DNA of 64,000 nt from Thermodesulfobacteriota bacterium (lineage in GTDB: Bacteria; Desulfobacterota_D; UBA1144; Nemesobacterales; JAJCZQ01): positions 1,216,001-1,280,000 of the forward strand of contig OZ244044.1 in the NCBI GenBank assembly GCA_965215275.1. The letters are read 5' to 3'. The notes beneath the pieces were generated by a model. It made no database searches, was not told where the DNA came from, and worked only from the letters and a program-made list of their open reading frames with translations. The position numbers were made by a program, and so were the translations under genes. Numbering within the stretch: the first letter of the stretch is position 1; each line of letters starts with the position of its first letter. Positions 20,893 to 30,843 of this stretch are shown piece by piece.

Positions 20893-21520
20893 CTTTATCC
20901 GTTGCCAGTCCAGCTGACACGATCAGTGTAAACGCGTCTTCCACCGATATATCAAGCTCTGTAACGTCACTCTCAGGGAGCATAATATAAAATCCGCTGG
21001 TGGGATTAGGAGTTGTTGGAACAAAGATACTTAAGAGCTTTTCCTCACTTTTATTGTGCTTTTCACCCACGTTCATAGTATCCGTGATAAAACCTATCGA
21101 ATATACGCCTTTTCTTGGATACTCCATTATTGCCACCTTTTTAAATCCCTTTTTGTCGTCGGTAGAGAACAGGGTTTCAATGATCTGCTTCGTGGCAGTG
21201 TATATGGTACGTGCAAGAGGTATCTTGAGCATTATACCTTCAATAAAAGATACCAGTCTCTTTCCAATGAAGTTCCTGGCGATCGTTCCGATTATAAGGA
21301 CGATCAACAAAGTGCCTAACAAGCCAATGGCAAAGGTCGTCAGCTCAAAAACATAGGAGGGCAGGTCCTGAAGCTGAAGGGGTATGAGCAGTTTTGCAGG
21401 TGCTGCACTTATTGCATCTATCATCCATCTGCTCAGTTTAAAAAGTACAAATATAGTCAGAGCAAACGGCAGTAAAACCAGTAATCCAGCTAAAAAATTT
21501 CGCTTTATGGAACTACCCAT
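20876..21520 (-). CDS. DUF502 family membrane protein
   Basis: FLAGLLVLLP, EYPRKG, FVPTTPNPTSGF. Confidence 0.9.
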   Translation of the reverse strand: MGSSIKRNFLAGLLVLLPFALTIFVLFKLSRWMIDAISAAPAKLLIPLQLQDLPSYVFELTTFAIGLLGTLLIVLIIGTIARNFIGKRLVSFIEGIMLKIPLARTIYTATKQIIETLFSTDDKKGFKKVAIMEYPRKGVYSIGFITDTMNVGEKHNKSEEKLLSIFVPTTPNPTSGFYIMLPESDVTELDISVEDAFTLIVSAGLATDKVEYKK

Positions 21521-21535
21521 CTATTTAACCTCAAA

Positions 21536-21814
21536 TTACTCAGTATTTATAGCATTGCGAAGAAATCTGCTGGGTTTAAAAACGACCGATTTTCTAGGAC
21601 CGATCTCAATAGTTTCACCCGTTGCTGGATTTCTTCCCTTTTTCTTTCCCCTGTGTTGTACCTTAAAAGTCCCAAACTTTGGAAGTTTTATTGTTTCACC
21701 ACTTTCCAAATTATTCTTCAGCAGTTCAAAAAAATATTCCACTATCTCTGCTGATTCTCTTTTAGACAGCCCTATTTTTTCGTGTATTGCCTCTGCCAGT
21801 CCTTTTTTAGTCAT
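21536..21814 (-). CDS. ihfA: Integration host factor alpha subunit
   Basis: HU/IHF signature GRNPATGE, directly downstream of pheT. Confidence 0.85.
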   Translation of the reverse strand: MTKKGLAEAIHEKIGLSKRESAEIVEYFFELLKNNLESGETIKLPKFGTFKVQHRGKKKGRNPATGETIEIGPRKSVVFKPSRFLRNAINTE

Positions 21815-21834
21815 TGACGTAAACCCCTTCTTTT

Positions 21835-24243
21835 TTAAATTGATCTTATCTCTGCTCCTAAAGATGAATTTAACTCACTTATAGCCAGGTTTTGTACCTT
21901 ATTAGCATCTTCGTCAGTCAAAGTTTTATTCTGCGACCTGATCAAGATCGATATACCCACACTTTTCTTGTTCAGTCCCAACTCACTACCTTCAAAAATA
22001 TCAAACACATCAGCATCCTCAACAAGAGCGCTTACACCCTTTACTTTATCTATAATCTGACCCGTAGTCACGTCCTTGTTTACAACAAAAGAAACATCCC
22101 TTCTTATATGAGGGAACCTGGGGACTGGCTTAAAGCAGTAAGAACAACTCTCATAAAGCTCGGTCAACGTATCTACGCTGATATCCAGTATATAAAGTTT
22201 TTTATCTATACCAAGTTTGTCAGAATACTCGGGATGAAGTTCACCAATAACCCCAAATTCCTTATCATCGACAAGAACGGACGCCGATTTGCCAGGATGG
22301 AGAAATCGTATGTTATCGTTCTTTGCAAATATTATCTTTTTTCTGAGCAAAAGGCTACTGACCCCCTGGATAAATATATTTTTCAGATCAAAAAAGCCAA
22401 AATCCTCATTACTCCAAACCTCCGGGTCTTTCTTGCCCGTTGCGACCGCTGAAAATTTCGTTATCTCCTCTGGAAGCTGCTCTTTACCCTGAGGAATATA
22501 AATTTTTCCATGTTCAAAAAGCCTTATGTCTTCAACCTGGTGAGACAGGTTCGTTTTCACAGATCTGATCAATCCCGGCAGCATGGAGTTTCTCATAGCA
22601 CAGCTCTCACTTGTTAATGGATTGAGAATATTAATGGTATCAGAAGGATCGAACATCCGCAGAAGGTCAGGATTTTCAAAACTGTAATTAATAGCTTCAA
22701 AAAAACCTGAAGAGATAAACGCGCGCTTGAGATCCGATACGAACTCACGGCCGTGACCGGTCTCGTCCATCAATACACCAACGGCAGGCAGGGTCATCGG
22801 AATGTTATTGTAACCAAACAACCTTCCAATTTCCTCTATAACGTCGATCTCCCTGGCAACGTCAACCCGGAACGTGGGTATCTGCAGAGACAGCCTGTGA
22901 GCATCTGCCTCCAGTACTTTAAATTCAAGAGGTCTTAAAATGTCCACGATCTCCTCAGAGCTGATCTTTATTCCGAGTATATTTTCAACCTTTTTAACCG
23001 ACAGGCTTATTTTTTTAGTCTTGATTGTTGAAGGATAGACGTCAGTAGTGGACCCAGATATCCTGCCACCTGCCAGCTTGGCGATCAGATATGCAGCACG
23101 GTCAAGTGCAAAACGCACATTGTTAGGGTCCACACCCCTTTCAAATCTGTAAGAAGATTCAGATCTTATGCCCGTTCTTTTCGATGTTTTTCTTATAGTT
23201 ACCGGATTAAAATACGCCGCCTCAAGCAAAACGTTCTCCGTTCTGTCGGTTACCTCTGTGCTCAGCCCTCCCATGACCCCTCCGAGGGCAACTGGAGTAT
23301 TGCCGTCACATATAAGCAGGTCATTTTCGGTCAGTTCCATTTTCTGCCCGTCAAGAGTTACAAAGGGTTCCTTATCTTCTGCAAACCTTACATTTATGCT
23401 CTTTTCTTTTAAAAGATCATGATCAAAAGCGTGAAGCGGTTGTCCAGTTTCAAGCATAACAAAATTCGTCACGTCAACAATGTTGTTGATCGACCTTACC
23501 CCACAGGCCTGCAACCTGTTCTTTAACCAGTCTGGTGAAGGTCCTGCCCTCACGTCTTCTACAACTCTGCAGCTATACCTGGGGCAAGCTGACACGTCCT
23601 TTATTCTAACTTCAACCGGCTTTGAACTTCCTTCAGGTTCTTCGCCGGAAGAAAACTGAATATCCTTTAACGGCTTTTTCAAAATCGAAGAAACTTCCCT
23701 TGCTATACCAAAGATGCTTAAACAATCCGGCCTGTTGGGAGTTATCGCAAGATCCAAGACCACGTCATTAAGGGACATCTCGTCTGCAAGTCTTGACCCC
23801 ACGGATAAATTACCTGAAAGGACCATAATTCCATCGGACTTGCCGGATAACCCCAACTCGTTCTCTGCACACAGCATCCCTTCTGACGGTTCACCACGGA
23901 TCTTTGTCTTTCTTATCTTTAAGCCATCTGGGAACTTTTCAGTAGGCGGTAATTTTGCACCCGCTTTGGCAAGAGCCACGTAGGCGTTCGGCCTTACGTT
24001 GTCCGCACCGCAAATTATATCGTAGTTCCTTGCTCCATCCGTAACACTGCAAATACTCAACCTGTCTGCACCAGGATGTTTTTTTACTTCTAATATCCGA
24101 GCAACGACAATATCCTCAATGCCTTTTCCTGTGTAGTTCAGGGACTCCAGTTCCAAACCACACATTGTAAGCATCTCTCCCAGTTCTTCCGGGGCAACGT
24201 CGATCTCAACGTATTCTTTTAACCAGCTCAGCGGAACTAACAT
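21835..24243 (-). CDS. pheT: Phenylalanyl-tRNA synthetase beta subunit
   Basis: ITPNRPDCLS, GQPLHAFD, RFERGVD, C-terminal FDX-ACB domain. Confidence 0.97.
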   Translation of the reverse strand: MLVPLSWLKEYVEIDVAPEELGEMLTMCGLELESLNYTGKGIEDIVVARILEVKKHPGADRLSICSVTDGARNYDIICGADNVRPNAYVALAKAGAKLPPTEKFPDGLKIRKTKIRGEPSEGMLCAENELGLSGKSDGIMVLSGNLSVGSRLADEMSLNDVVLDLAITPNRPDCLSIFGIAREVSSILKKPLKDIQFSSGEEPEGSSKPVEVRIKDVSACPRYSCRVVEDVRAGPSPDWLKNRLQACGVRSINNIVDVTNFVMLETGQPLHAFDHDLLKEKSINVRFAEDKEPFVTLDGQKMELTENDLLICDGNTPVALGGVMGGLSTEVTDRTENVLLEAAYFNPVTIRKTSKRTGIRSESSYRFERGVDPNNVRFALDRAAYLIAKLAGGRISGSTTDVYPSTIKTKKISLSVKKVENILGIKISSEEIVDILRPLEFKVLEADAHRLSLQIPTFRVDVAREIDVIEEIGRLFGYNNIPMTLPAVGVLMDETGHGREFVSDLKRAFISSGFFEAINYSFENPDLLRMFDPSDTINILNPLTSESCAMRNSMLPGLIRSVKTNLSHQVEDIRLFEHGKIYIPQGKEQLPEEITKFSAVATGKKDPEVWSNEDFGFFDLKNIFIQGVSSLLLRKKIIFAKNDNIRFLHPGKSASVLVDDKEFGVIGELHPEYSDKLGIDKKLYILDISVDTLTELYESCSYCFKPVPRFPHIRRDVSFVVNKDVTTGQIIDKVKGVSALVEDADVFDIFEGSELGLNKKSVGISILIRSQNKTLTDEDANKVQNLAISELNSSLGAEIRSI

Positions 24244-24358
24244 ATTTTCACCTTTAGCAAAACTGAATAATTACACATAGTTACGTTATAGTCAATAGAT
24301 AAAATTTAGAATCATCAACAATTTTAATTATCCTTCTCTTGGTTACAATGAAGTAAAT

Positions 24359-25471
24359 ATGAACAAACTCGAGCGTCTTATCAAAAACCATATCTTACAG
24401 AACGGACCGGTCACATTTGCGGATTTTATGGACCTGGCCCAGTATCATCCCCAGCTGGGCTACTACAGATCAGAAAAAGTAAAGATAGGTAAAAAAGGGG
24501 ATTTCTACACAAGTCCTCACGTAAGTGCAGCGTTTGGGGAAATAATCGGAACCTTTATAGAAAAGGTCATAGGCTTTCTGAAAATATCTGATTTCACCAT
24601 TCTGGAACTGGGCGCTGGTAAAGGATACCTTGCACTGGATATCTTAAACTATTTATCTGAAAAAACCGAACTCTACAGGCTGATTAACTATATAATCATT
24701 GATAAAGACACTAACAACAGTGATTTAACACTTGAAAATCACCGGAATAAAATAAAAGTATACAATAATATCAGTGAGTTAGAAAAAAATTTCAGAGGAG
24801 TGGTAATTTCAAATGAGTTATTTGATTCACTTCCGTTCCATAGAATAATCTATCAATATGGCCAGTTCAGGGAAATATACGTTGATTGCAAAGAAAACGA
24901 ATTCGAAGAGATCAGTAGTGACCTGTCGACTGAAAACATCAAAAAGTATCTGAATGGCTACGACCTGAAGCCCGTTGATTCAAAGCAGATCGAGGTAAAC
25001 CTTCTAGCGGAAAAGGTTATAAAGGCCGTCAGCGGTTATTTAGATGCGGGATATATGCTCACAATCGATTATGGACATTTATCCGAAGAATATTTTAACA
25101 ACCAGAAGATCAACGGCTCTTTCAGATGTTTTTACGAACACAAAGTAAACGATGATCCATATATAAACATTGGACAGCAGGATATCACGGCTGACGTTGA
25201 TTTTACGAATCTGATCCGATCTGGGAACCAGTACGGACTAAACAAGGTAAAATACACGACGCAGGGACAGTTTCTCGTTGACTGGGGTATTTTGAACGTT
25301 ATAGAGAGGGAAACCAGGCATGGACAAGGTCGTGTAAATTCAATAAAAACCCTGTTCCTGCCCTCAATGATGGGTAATTACTTTAAAGTCCTGCTGCAGA
25401 GCAAAAACGTTCCCGATGCAGATGCTGTATACCCGGGGTCAAGCCTTACAATCAGTTTTGGTATTGATTAA
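24359..25471 (+). CDS. MidA/NDUFAF7-type SAM-dependent methyltransferase
   Basis: GDFYTSP, ELGAGKG, SNELFDSLP, IDYG, QDITADVDF. Confidence 0.9.
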   Translation: MNKLERLIKNHILQNGPVTFADFMDLAQYHPQLGYYRSEKVKIGKKGDFYTSPHVSAAFGEIIGTFIEKVIGFLKISDFTILELGAGKGYLALDILNYLSEKTELYRLINYIIIDKDTNNSDLTLENHRNKIKVYNNISELEKNFRGVVISNELFDSLPFHRIIYQYGQFREIYVDCKENEFEEISSDLSTENIKKYLNGYDLKPVDSKQIEVNLLAEKVIKAVSGYLDAGYMLTIDYGHLSEEYFNNQKINGSFRCFYEHKVNDDPYINIGQQDITADVDFTNLIRSGNQYGLNKVKYTTQGQFLVDWGILNVIERETRHGQGRVNSIKTLFLPSMMGNYFKVLLQSKNVPDADAVYPGSSLTISFGID

Positions 25472-25523
25472 CAAGAATATTTTCATCTGTTTCTGTAATA
25501 CGAACAACTATATGAAAAACGAA

Positions 25524-25539
25524 TGTTTCACGTGAAACA
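25524..25539. promoter_or_regulatory. parS site
   Basis: Exact TGTTTCACGTGAAACA consensus; the palindrome extends to 25522-25541. Confidence 0.92.
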
Positions 25540-25585
25540 TTGATTACACTTATATTGCAACTTCAGTCATATTACTTACTGGAAT

Positions 25586-26995
25586 ATGAGCACGGACTAT
25601 TTATGCGAGGAAACCATTGCTGCAGTCTCAACCCCTGAAGGTGAAGGTGGAATAGCAGTAATAAGAGTATCCGGCAATAATTCAGAAAAGATACTAGGTC
25701 AGATATTCAGAAGAAAAAAAACTGACCTGAACAATTCAACTGAAAACTTCGAGAGCAGGAGGGTTTATCACGGTGACATAACCGACCCCTCAGATGGTTC
25801 CGTGATAGATTCCGTGCTGATCACAGTAATGAGGGCGCCAAATTCATACACAGGTGAGGATATAGTGGAAATACATACTCACGGCGGTCATATAATCCCA
25901 AAAAAAATACTTGAGATCATTACAGGACTTGGATCAAGGGTCGCATTACCGGGAGAGTTCACTAAAAGGGCATATATCAATGGTAAAATGGACCTGGCAC
26001 AGGCCGAAGCAGTTGCTGATATAATAAGTACACAATCCGAGATCGGTCTGAAGCAAGCCGAAAAGAGGCTCAGAGGTGAACTGTCTGACAAAATACATCT
26101 GTATAAAGACAGGGTCCTTGATATGATCGCCGAAATAGAAGCTCAGATAGAATTTCCTGAAGAAGATATAGATCCTTTGGTAAGGAAAGAAATGGAAAAC
26201 AGATCAAACGGGTTGTTAAACGATGTTTCAAGTTTTATTGAGACCTTTGATACAGGGAAGATAGTAAAAAACGGAGTTTTCACCACTATCCTCGGAAAGC
26301 CAAACGTTGGAAAATCAAGCCTGCTAAACTCTATGCTGAAAGAAGAAAGGGCAATAGTAAGTCATTTAGCAGGTACGACCAGGGATTTTATTGAAGAAGC
26401 CATAAACGTTCGCGGAATAATCTTAAAGCTGGTTGACACGGCGGGAATAAGAACAACTGGAGATAATATAGAACAACTCGGAGTTAAAATTGCCATAAAC
26501 AAAGCGGAGCAGGCTGACTTTATAATTATGGTCTTTGATGGCAGCAACGAACTGGACGACAATGATATTGAAGTGTTGAAAAAAGGTGGGGTAAAAAACC
26601 ATATAACGGTCGTTAATAAAACGGACCTGGACAGCAAGATAGATACACGTACGCTCAAAAAATATACTACAGAAGACAGAATTGTTTATACTTCCGCCAA
26701 GCAATTTACCGGCCTGGAGGAACTTGAGGAAAAAATATACAGACTGATCACGAACAATCAGAACCTGACAGAAAGTTCCGAACTTTATTTAACGGACATC
26801 AGACACAAAAAGGCCTTAGAAAAAGCAAAAAGCCACCTTAAGACCTTCATAGAAACAGTAAAGCAGGACAAACAATTAGAGATCATGTCCATTGAACTCA
26901 GACAAACGCTTGACCGATTAGGAGAAATTACAGGAGAGGTAACAACCGAGGAAATCCTTGGAAAAATATTCAGTAAATTCTGTATCGGTAAATAA
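25586..26995 (+). CDS. mnmE: tRNA modification GTPase MnmE
   Basis: GKPNVGKSSL, AGTTRD, DTAG, NKTD, FSKFCIGK C-terminus. Confidence 0.98.
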   Translation: MSTDYLCEETIAAVSTPEGEGGIAVIRVSGNNSEKILGQIFRRKKTDLNNSTENFESRRVYHGDITDPSDGSVIDSVLITVMRAPNSYTGEDIVEIHTHGGHIIPKKILEIITGLGSRVALPGEFTKRAYINGKMDLAQAEAVADIISTQSEIGLKQAEKRLRGELSDKIHLYKDRVLDMIAEIEAQIEFPEEDIDPLVRKEMENRSNGLLNDVSSFIETFDTGKIVKNGVFTTILGKPNVGKSSLLNSMLKEERAIVSHLAGTTRDFIEEAINVRGIILKLVDTAGIRTTGDNIEQLGVKIAINKAEQADFIIMVFDGSNELDDNDIEVLKKGGVKNHITVVNKTDLDSKIDTRTLKKYTTEDRIVYTSAKQFTGLEELEEKIYRLITNNQNLTESSELYLTDIRHKKALEKAKSHLKTFIETVKQDKQLEIMSIELRQTLDRLGEITGEVTTEEILGKIFSKFCIGK

Positions 26996-27006
26996 ACGCT
27001 CTGCAA

Positions 27007-27022
27007 TGTTTCACGTGAAACA
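27007..27022. promoter_or_regulatory. parS site
   Basis: Second exact TGTTTCACGTGAAACA. Confidence 0.92.
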
Positions 27023-27253
27023 ATCCACAAAATTAAAATAATTCAAACAGAATGGATATCTTTTTATTCTAAAATTATTTAATAATTACAGTGAGTTACG
27101 GTTTTGTTAATTTGGTGGAAATAAGTTATCCACAATCTGTTAACAATTTTACTGCTGCCTGCAATCACCATTTTATAACGGGTTGTACCGATAAAACTCA
27201 AACTTTATCAACAATAATTACTAAAACGGCTGTTGTTAACTTTTTGTTGAAAT
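27021..27253. promoter_or_regulatory. AT-rich DnaA-box cluster
   Basis: Perfect TTATCCACA at 27126-27134, TTATCAACA at 27205-27213, weaker matches at 27021-27029 and 27231-27239, between convergent genes. Confidence 0.6.
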
Positions 27254-27331
27254 CTCACGTAAATCTATCGGATATTTTCTGGCAGGATGCCCGCGTCTTG
27301 TGTTTTCCGGTCCGGGACTTCCTCTCGTTCG

Positions 27332-28243
27332 TCAGATGATCTTTCCACCATCTGCCACGCTTGTGATCTCTCCTGTGTCAGCATTCTTGCTCGGACCAAG
27401 CGGAGAGGTGGATTCAATAACTGCAAAGGCATTATGGCTATGGATACTCTCGTAATTTACCACTTTGATCTTATAAGAATTCAACCTGTCATCAGAGTTC
27501 AGCTCAGTTGCGATGTTCCTCACAACATCCTCAACAAAGCAGGGTTTATCGTAGGCACTCATTGTAACGTGCCTTTCGTCTTCTCTTTTTAAAATAGGAT
27601 ATAATGCCGAAGAAGCGCCCCTTTCAGCGATCTCAACTATATCTTCAAGTGAGATATCCACGGTATGGTCACCTTTCAGTTCGTGCAGGAGCGTAATGGA
27701 TACTTTAGATCTCTGGTTGTGCGCCCCATAGTCGCTTATCTCCTTACTGCAGGGACACAGGGTTTTAACCGGGACTTCCACGCTTTGCTTAATTATCATT
27801 ATTCCATTTTTTCTGTACTCAACTTCGTACGAACAACCATACGCCTGTGGAGCGGAAATCCCCGTTACTGGTGCAACTTTCCAAAAAAAGTAGTCAAAAT
27901 CTATTTTTACCTGAGCTTCTTTTGCACCCTGTTTATCTAGAAGGACATCAAGAAAATCCTTTATTCTGTCTAAAGATATACCATTGCTGTAATCCACAAC
28001 GGCTTCCACCAGACGACTCATATGGATGCCCTTCCTTGATTTATCCAGGTCCACTGCCAGGGACAGAACGGCCTGCACCTGCTGGGATGAGCCTGCGTCC
28101 TTCTCACAACCCTTTAACAGCAATGGCATTTTAAGACCGCATATCCCCACTTTATTTATAGGTATTTCTCTCTTATCCAGTCTGTTCTGAACGTCTTCAT
28201 AAGCTGTTCTTCGCATTTTATCAGTTTTCGCCTGTATTTTCAC
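27332..28243 (-). CDS. folE2: GTP cyclohydrolase IB
   Basis: KGIHMSRL, TLCPCSKEIS.YGAHNQRS, FVEDVVR, ESIHSHNAFA. Confidence 0.96.
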   Translation of the reverse strand: MKIQAKTDKMRRTAYEDVQNRLDKREIPINKVGICGLKMPLLLKGCEKDAGSSQQVQAVLSLAVDLDKSRKGIHMSRLVEAVVDYSNGISLDRIKDFLDVLLDKQGAKEAQVKIDFDYFFWKVAPVTGISAPQAYGCSYEVEYRKNGIMIIKQSVEVPVKTLCPCSKEISDYGAHNQRSKVSITLLHELKGDHTVDISLEDIVEIAERGASSALYPILKREDERHVTMSAYDKPCFVEDVVRNIATELNSDDRLNSYKIKVVNYESIHSHNAFAVIESTSPLGPSKNADTGEITSVADGGKII

Positions 28244-28338
28244 TTAACTAACCTGCTCCTCTACATTCAAGATGCTGACAAGAAAGTGTAAATCCGTTTA
28301 AATTATCACAAATAAAGCCCTTTGCAAACATATAAAGA

Positions 28339-28677
28339 CTAATCCATGAGCTTTGGGTTTGCCTTGTGTCTGTCCCTGTCCCTGATGTATTTTTTTCTCA
28401 TGTTCTCTTTAAGCGACTCCGTCAGGTCTATTCCGGTTTGATTTGCAATACACACAAGCACAAAAAAAACATCTGAAAGTTCATCAGCCAGGTTGTATTT
28501 TTTGTCGGACTCCTTAAAGCTCTGATCACCGTACACTCTGGACATTATCCTGGCCACCTCACCTACTTCCTCAACAAGTTCAGCCAGATTTGACAGTTCT
28601 GAATAATATCTTACCCCAACTTCCTTGATCCAGCTGTCTACCATTTCCTGGTATTCTGAAACTGTTAGATTTGACAT
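28339..28677 (-). CDS. MazG-like nucleotide pyrophosphohydrolase (YpjD-like)
   Basis: LVEEVGEVAR, LADELSDV. Start moved to MSNLTV. Confidence 0.9.
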   Translation of the reverse strand: MSNLTVSEYQEMVDSWIKEVGVRYYSELSNLAELVEEVGEVARIMSRVYGDQSFKESDKKYNLADELSDVFFVLVCIANQTGIDLTESLKENMRKKYIRDRDRHKANPKLMD

Positions 28678-28681
28678 AATG

Positions 28682-29503
28682 TTAACTCCGTTCCCAATTA
28701 AGACTTCTGAAAAGGGTATTTTTGATCTCAGCGTAACCATCCGGTTTGGACGACATAACTTTTTCACCTATTTTACTGACAAGCGACGCTCCCCGCAATG
28801 AATTGGTCAGAAAGGCAAAATCCGAGTTCAGCAGAGAAGAAAGTACAAACCTGCCGTAATGTGTTTTATAACCAAGGCGCCTGGCGATATTCAAAGTGAC
28901 CTCTCTGGTTATTCCCGGAAGGATTCCCGACTCGACGGACGGGGTGAAAAAGTTCATTCCTTTTACCCAGAACAAGTTGCTTGAAGTTGCCTCGGTAAGA
29001 TCACCGTCCGTATTGAGAAAAATTGCATCATCAAACCCTTTTTCCATTGCCTCGCGCCTGCTTATTACGTTTTCCAGATAATTGAACGTTTTATGCTTTA
29101 ACAGTACTGATCGCTGATTCCTCCTTTGAGAGGCAATACATACCGATACATTTTCACTGGCCTCAATATAAGGTTTTGTCATAACCAGTAACGAGGACCC
29201 GCTGGGGTCTTTAAAAAAAACGCAGTCTCCTTTTGAGATCAGTGCTGTTTTCACGTATAGGTCCTTCAGCAGCCCCCCACTTCTCACTACGGCTTCTTCG
29301 GTCTTCTCAATTATGTACTCTTCGGATGGAAAAGGGATCTTAAAAAACCTGGAACCGTCCCTTAATCTGCGTATGTGCTCTGAAATATATTCCGGCTTCT
29401 TCTTGTTCCACCTGAACGTTTCAAACAGACCTTCACCATAAAACAGTGATCTGGTCGGTCTGTCATTCGCTTTTTTGCCGTTAATGAAGGTCCTTTCGTC
29501 CAT
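28682..29503 (-). CDS. pabC: Aminotransferase class IV, probable aminodeoxychorismate lyase
   Basis: YGEGLFET, HKTFNY, EATSSNLF, ILPGITR; adjacent to pabB. Confidence 0.8.
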   Translation of the reverse strand: MDERTFINGKKANDRPTRSLFYGEGLFETFRWNKKKPEYISEHIRRLRDGSRFFKIPFPSEEYIIEKTEEAVVRSGGLLKDLYVKTALISKGDCVFFKDPSGSSLLVMTKPYIEASENVSVCIASQRRNQRSVLLKHKTFNYLENVISRREAMEKGFDDAIFLNTDGDLTEATSSNLFWVKGMNFFTPSVESGILPGITREVTLNIARRLGYKTHYGRFVLSSLLNSDFAFLTNSLRGASLVSKIGEKVMSSKPDGYAEIKNTLFRSLNWERS

Positions 29504-29573
29504 CCCACGTCAACTCCCGCAACCGAACAAGATTTTAGTTAAGAGGAAATTTTCTCAATAAAACACTTAAATA

Positions 29574-30827
29574 CTATATAAGCGCACTTCTGATCGCCTG
29601 TGCCTTCAGTAAAGTTTCCTCATATTCGCTTTCCGGGTCGGAATCCCATACTATACCACTTCCTACCCAGTAGCACGTACCATCCGCAGTCAACAGCATA
29701 ATTCTTATAGCAACGCTGAGAGTAAAGTCCATATCAGGGTAAAAAACCCCAAAGGTCCCGCAATAAGGACCTCTGTTATGAGGCTCGATCTCGCAAATTA
29801 TCTCGATCGCCCTGCTCTTGGGCGCCCCGGTCACGGAACCTGGCGGAAACGTACTGGTAATGATCTCCGTAAGTCCTGTGCCTCTTCGCAAAACACCTTC
29901 AACTTCAGACTCCATCTGAAACAGCGTCTTATATGTATTCACCATGAAAAGCTCATTTACCTTTACAGAACCAGTTTCGCATATCCTGCCAAGATCGTTT
30001 CTCATAAGATCAACTATCATAAGATTTTCAGCTTTTTCCTTTTTACTGTTCTTAAGCTGCTCTTTTATCTTCTCATCGGAAATCCTGTCGCTTCCACGTC
30101 TGGCCGTACCTTTAACGGGCTTTGTAATAACTTTGTTCCCGTTTTTTCTGATGAACAGTTCCATTGAACCGCTTATTATCGTATGGTCATTAAACTTTAT
30201 TAACCCGGAAAACGGAACGGGCTGCGATTCATAAAATCTCACGAGAGCCTGACAGGCATTGCCAATAGGGGAAGTGTTATATTTTTGCGATAGATTTACC
30301 TGATATATATCCCCAGAACTTATATACGTTCTTGCTTTTTCTATGCTCTTTATGTAATCGCTCTTCCTGAAATCAGAAACGTGCTCTGATACTCCCTTAA
30401 GGTAATTTCCATTTTTACGTTCAAGGACAGCCATCTCATCATAAAGGTCTTCATAGGGACAGTCCTCCACTTCCTGCTCTTTATAAAAATGGAAGCACGT
30501 ATCATAGAAATTACAACCTTCCTTTTCCCAGTTTGACAGAGGGTTTTGTCTATTTCTCAGTTTATATCCCTGAGATGTAAATCTGGAATACTGGTAAGAT
30601 ATGTAACCTACTGAAATAAAACCCTTTTTAAGAAATTTTTCCAGTTCCTCTATGGGATTACCTTTATATTTTCTCTGCGATCTCGGGGAATAGCAGTAAA
30701 TGATCCCGTCCCTGGACTTTAGAGAAAAAGAAGGAGTTTTAAAAACCTTGGCACGTGGCGACCCGGAATTTACCCAGCCACAATCAGAATCTAACAAAAT
30801 CGCAGTTGAGGCACTCAGCTCACACAT
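29574..30827 (-). CDS. pabB: Aminodeoxychorismate synthase component I
   Basis: GDIYQVNLS, PVKGT, AENLMIVDLMRNDLG, FPPGSVTGAPK. Start uncertain. Confidence 0.85.
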   Translation of the reverse strand: MCELSASTAILLDSDCGWVNSGSPRAKVFKTPSFSLKSRDGIIYCYSPRSQRKYKGNPIEELEKFLKKGFISVGYISYQYSRFTSQGYKLRNRQNPLSNWEKEGCNFYDTCFHFYKEQEVEDCPYEDLYDEMAVLERKNGNYLKGVSEHVSDFRKSDYIKSIEKARTYISSGDIYQVNLSQKYNTSPIGNACQALVRFYESQPVPFSGLIKFNDHTIISGSMELFIRKNGNKVITKPVKGTARRGSDRISDEKIKEQLKNSKKEKAENLMIVDLMRNDLGRICETGSVKVNELFMVNTYKTLFQMESEVEGVLRRGTGLTEIITSTFPPGSVTGAPKSRAIEIICEIEPHNRGPYCGTFGVFYPDMDFTLSVAIRIMLLTADGTCYWVGSGIVWDSDPESEYEETLLKAQAIRSALI

Positions 30828-30843
30828 TTAAAAGACCTGCAGA

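Noticed and set aside
27021..27253. This DnaA-box cluster as the primary oriC
   Set aside because: No DnaA-trio run seen; the trios and the apparent strand-composition switch are between dnaA and dnaN.
27091..27339. 82-aa ORF downstream of mnmE
   Set aside because: Covers the AT-rich DnaA-box region, has no SD and no recognisable protein features.
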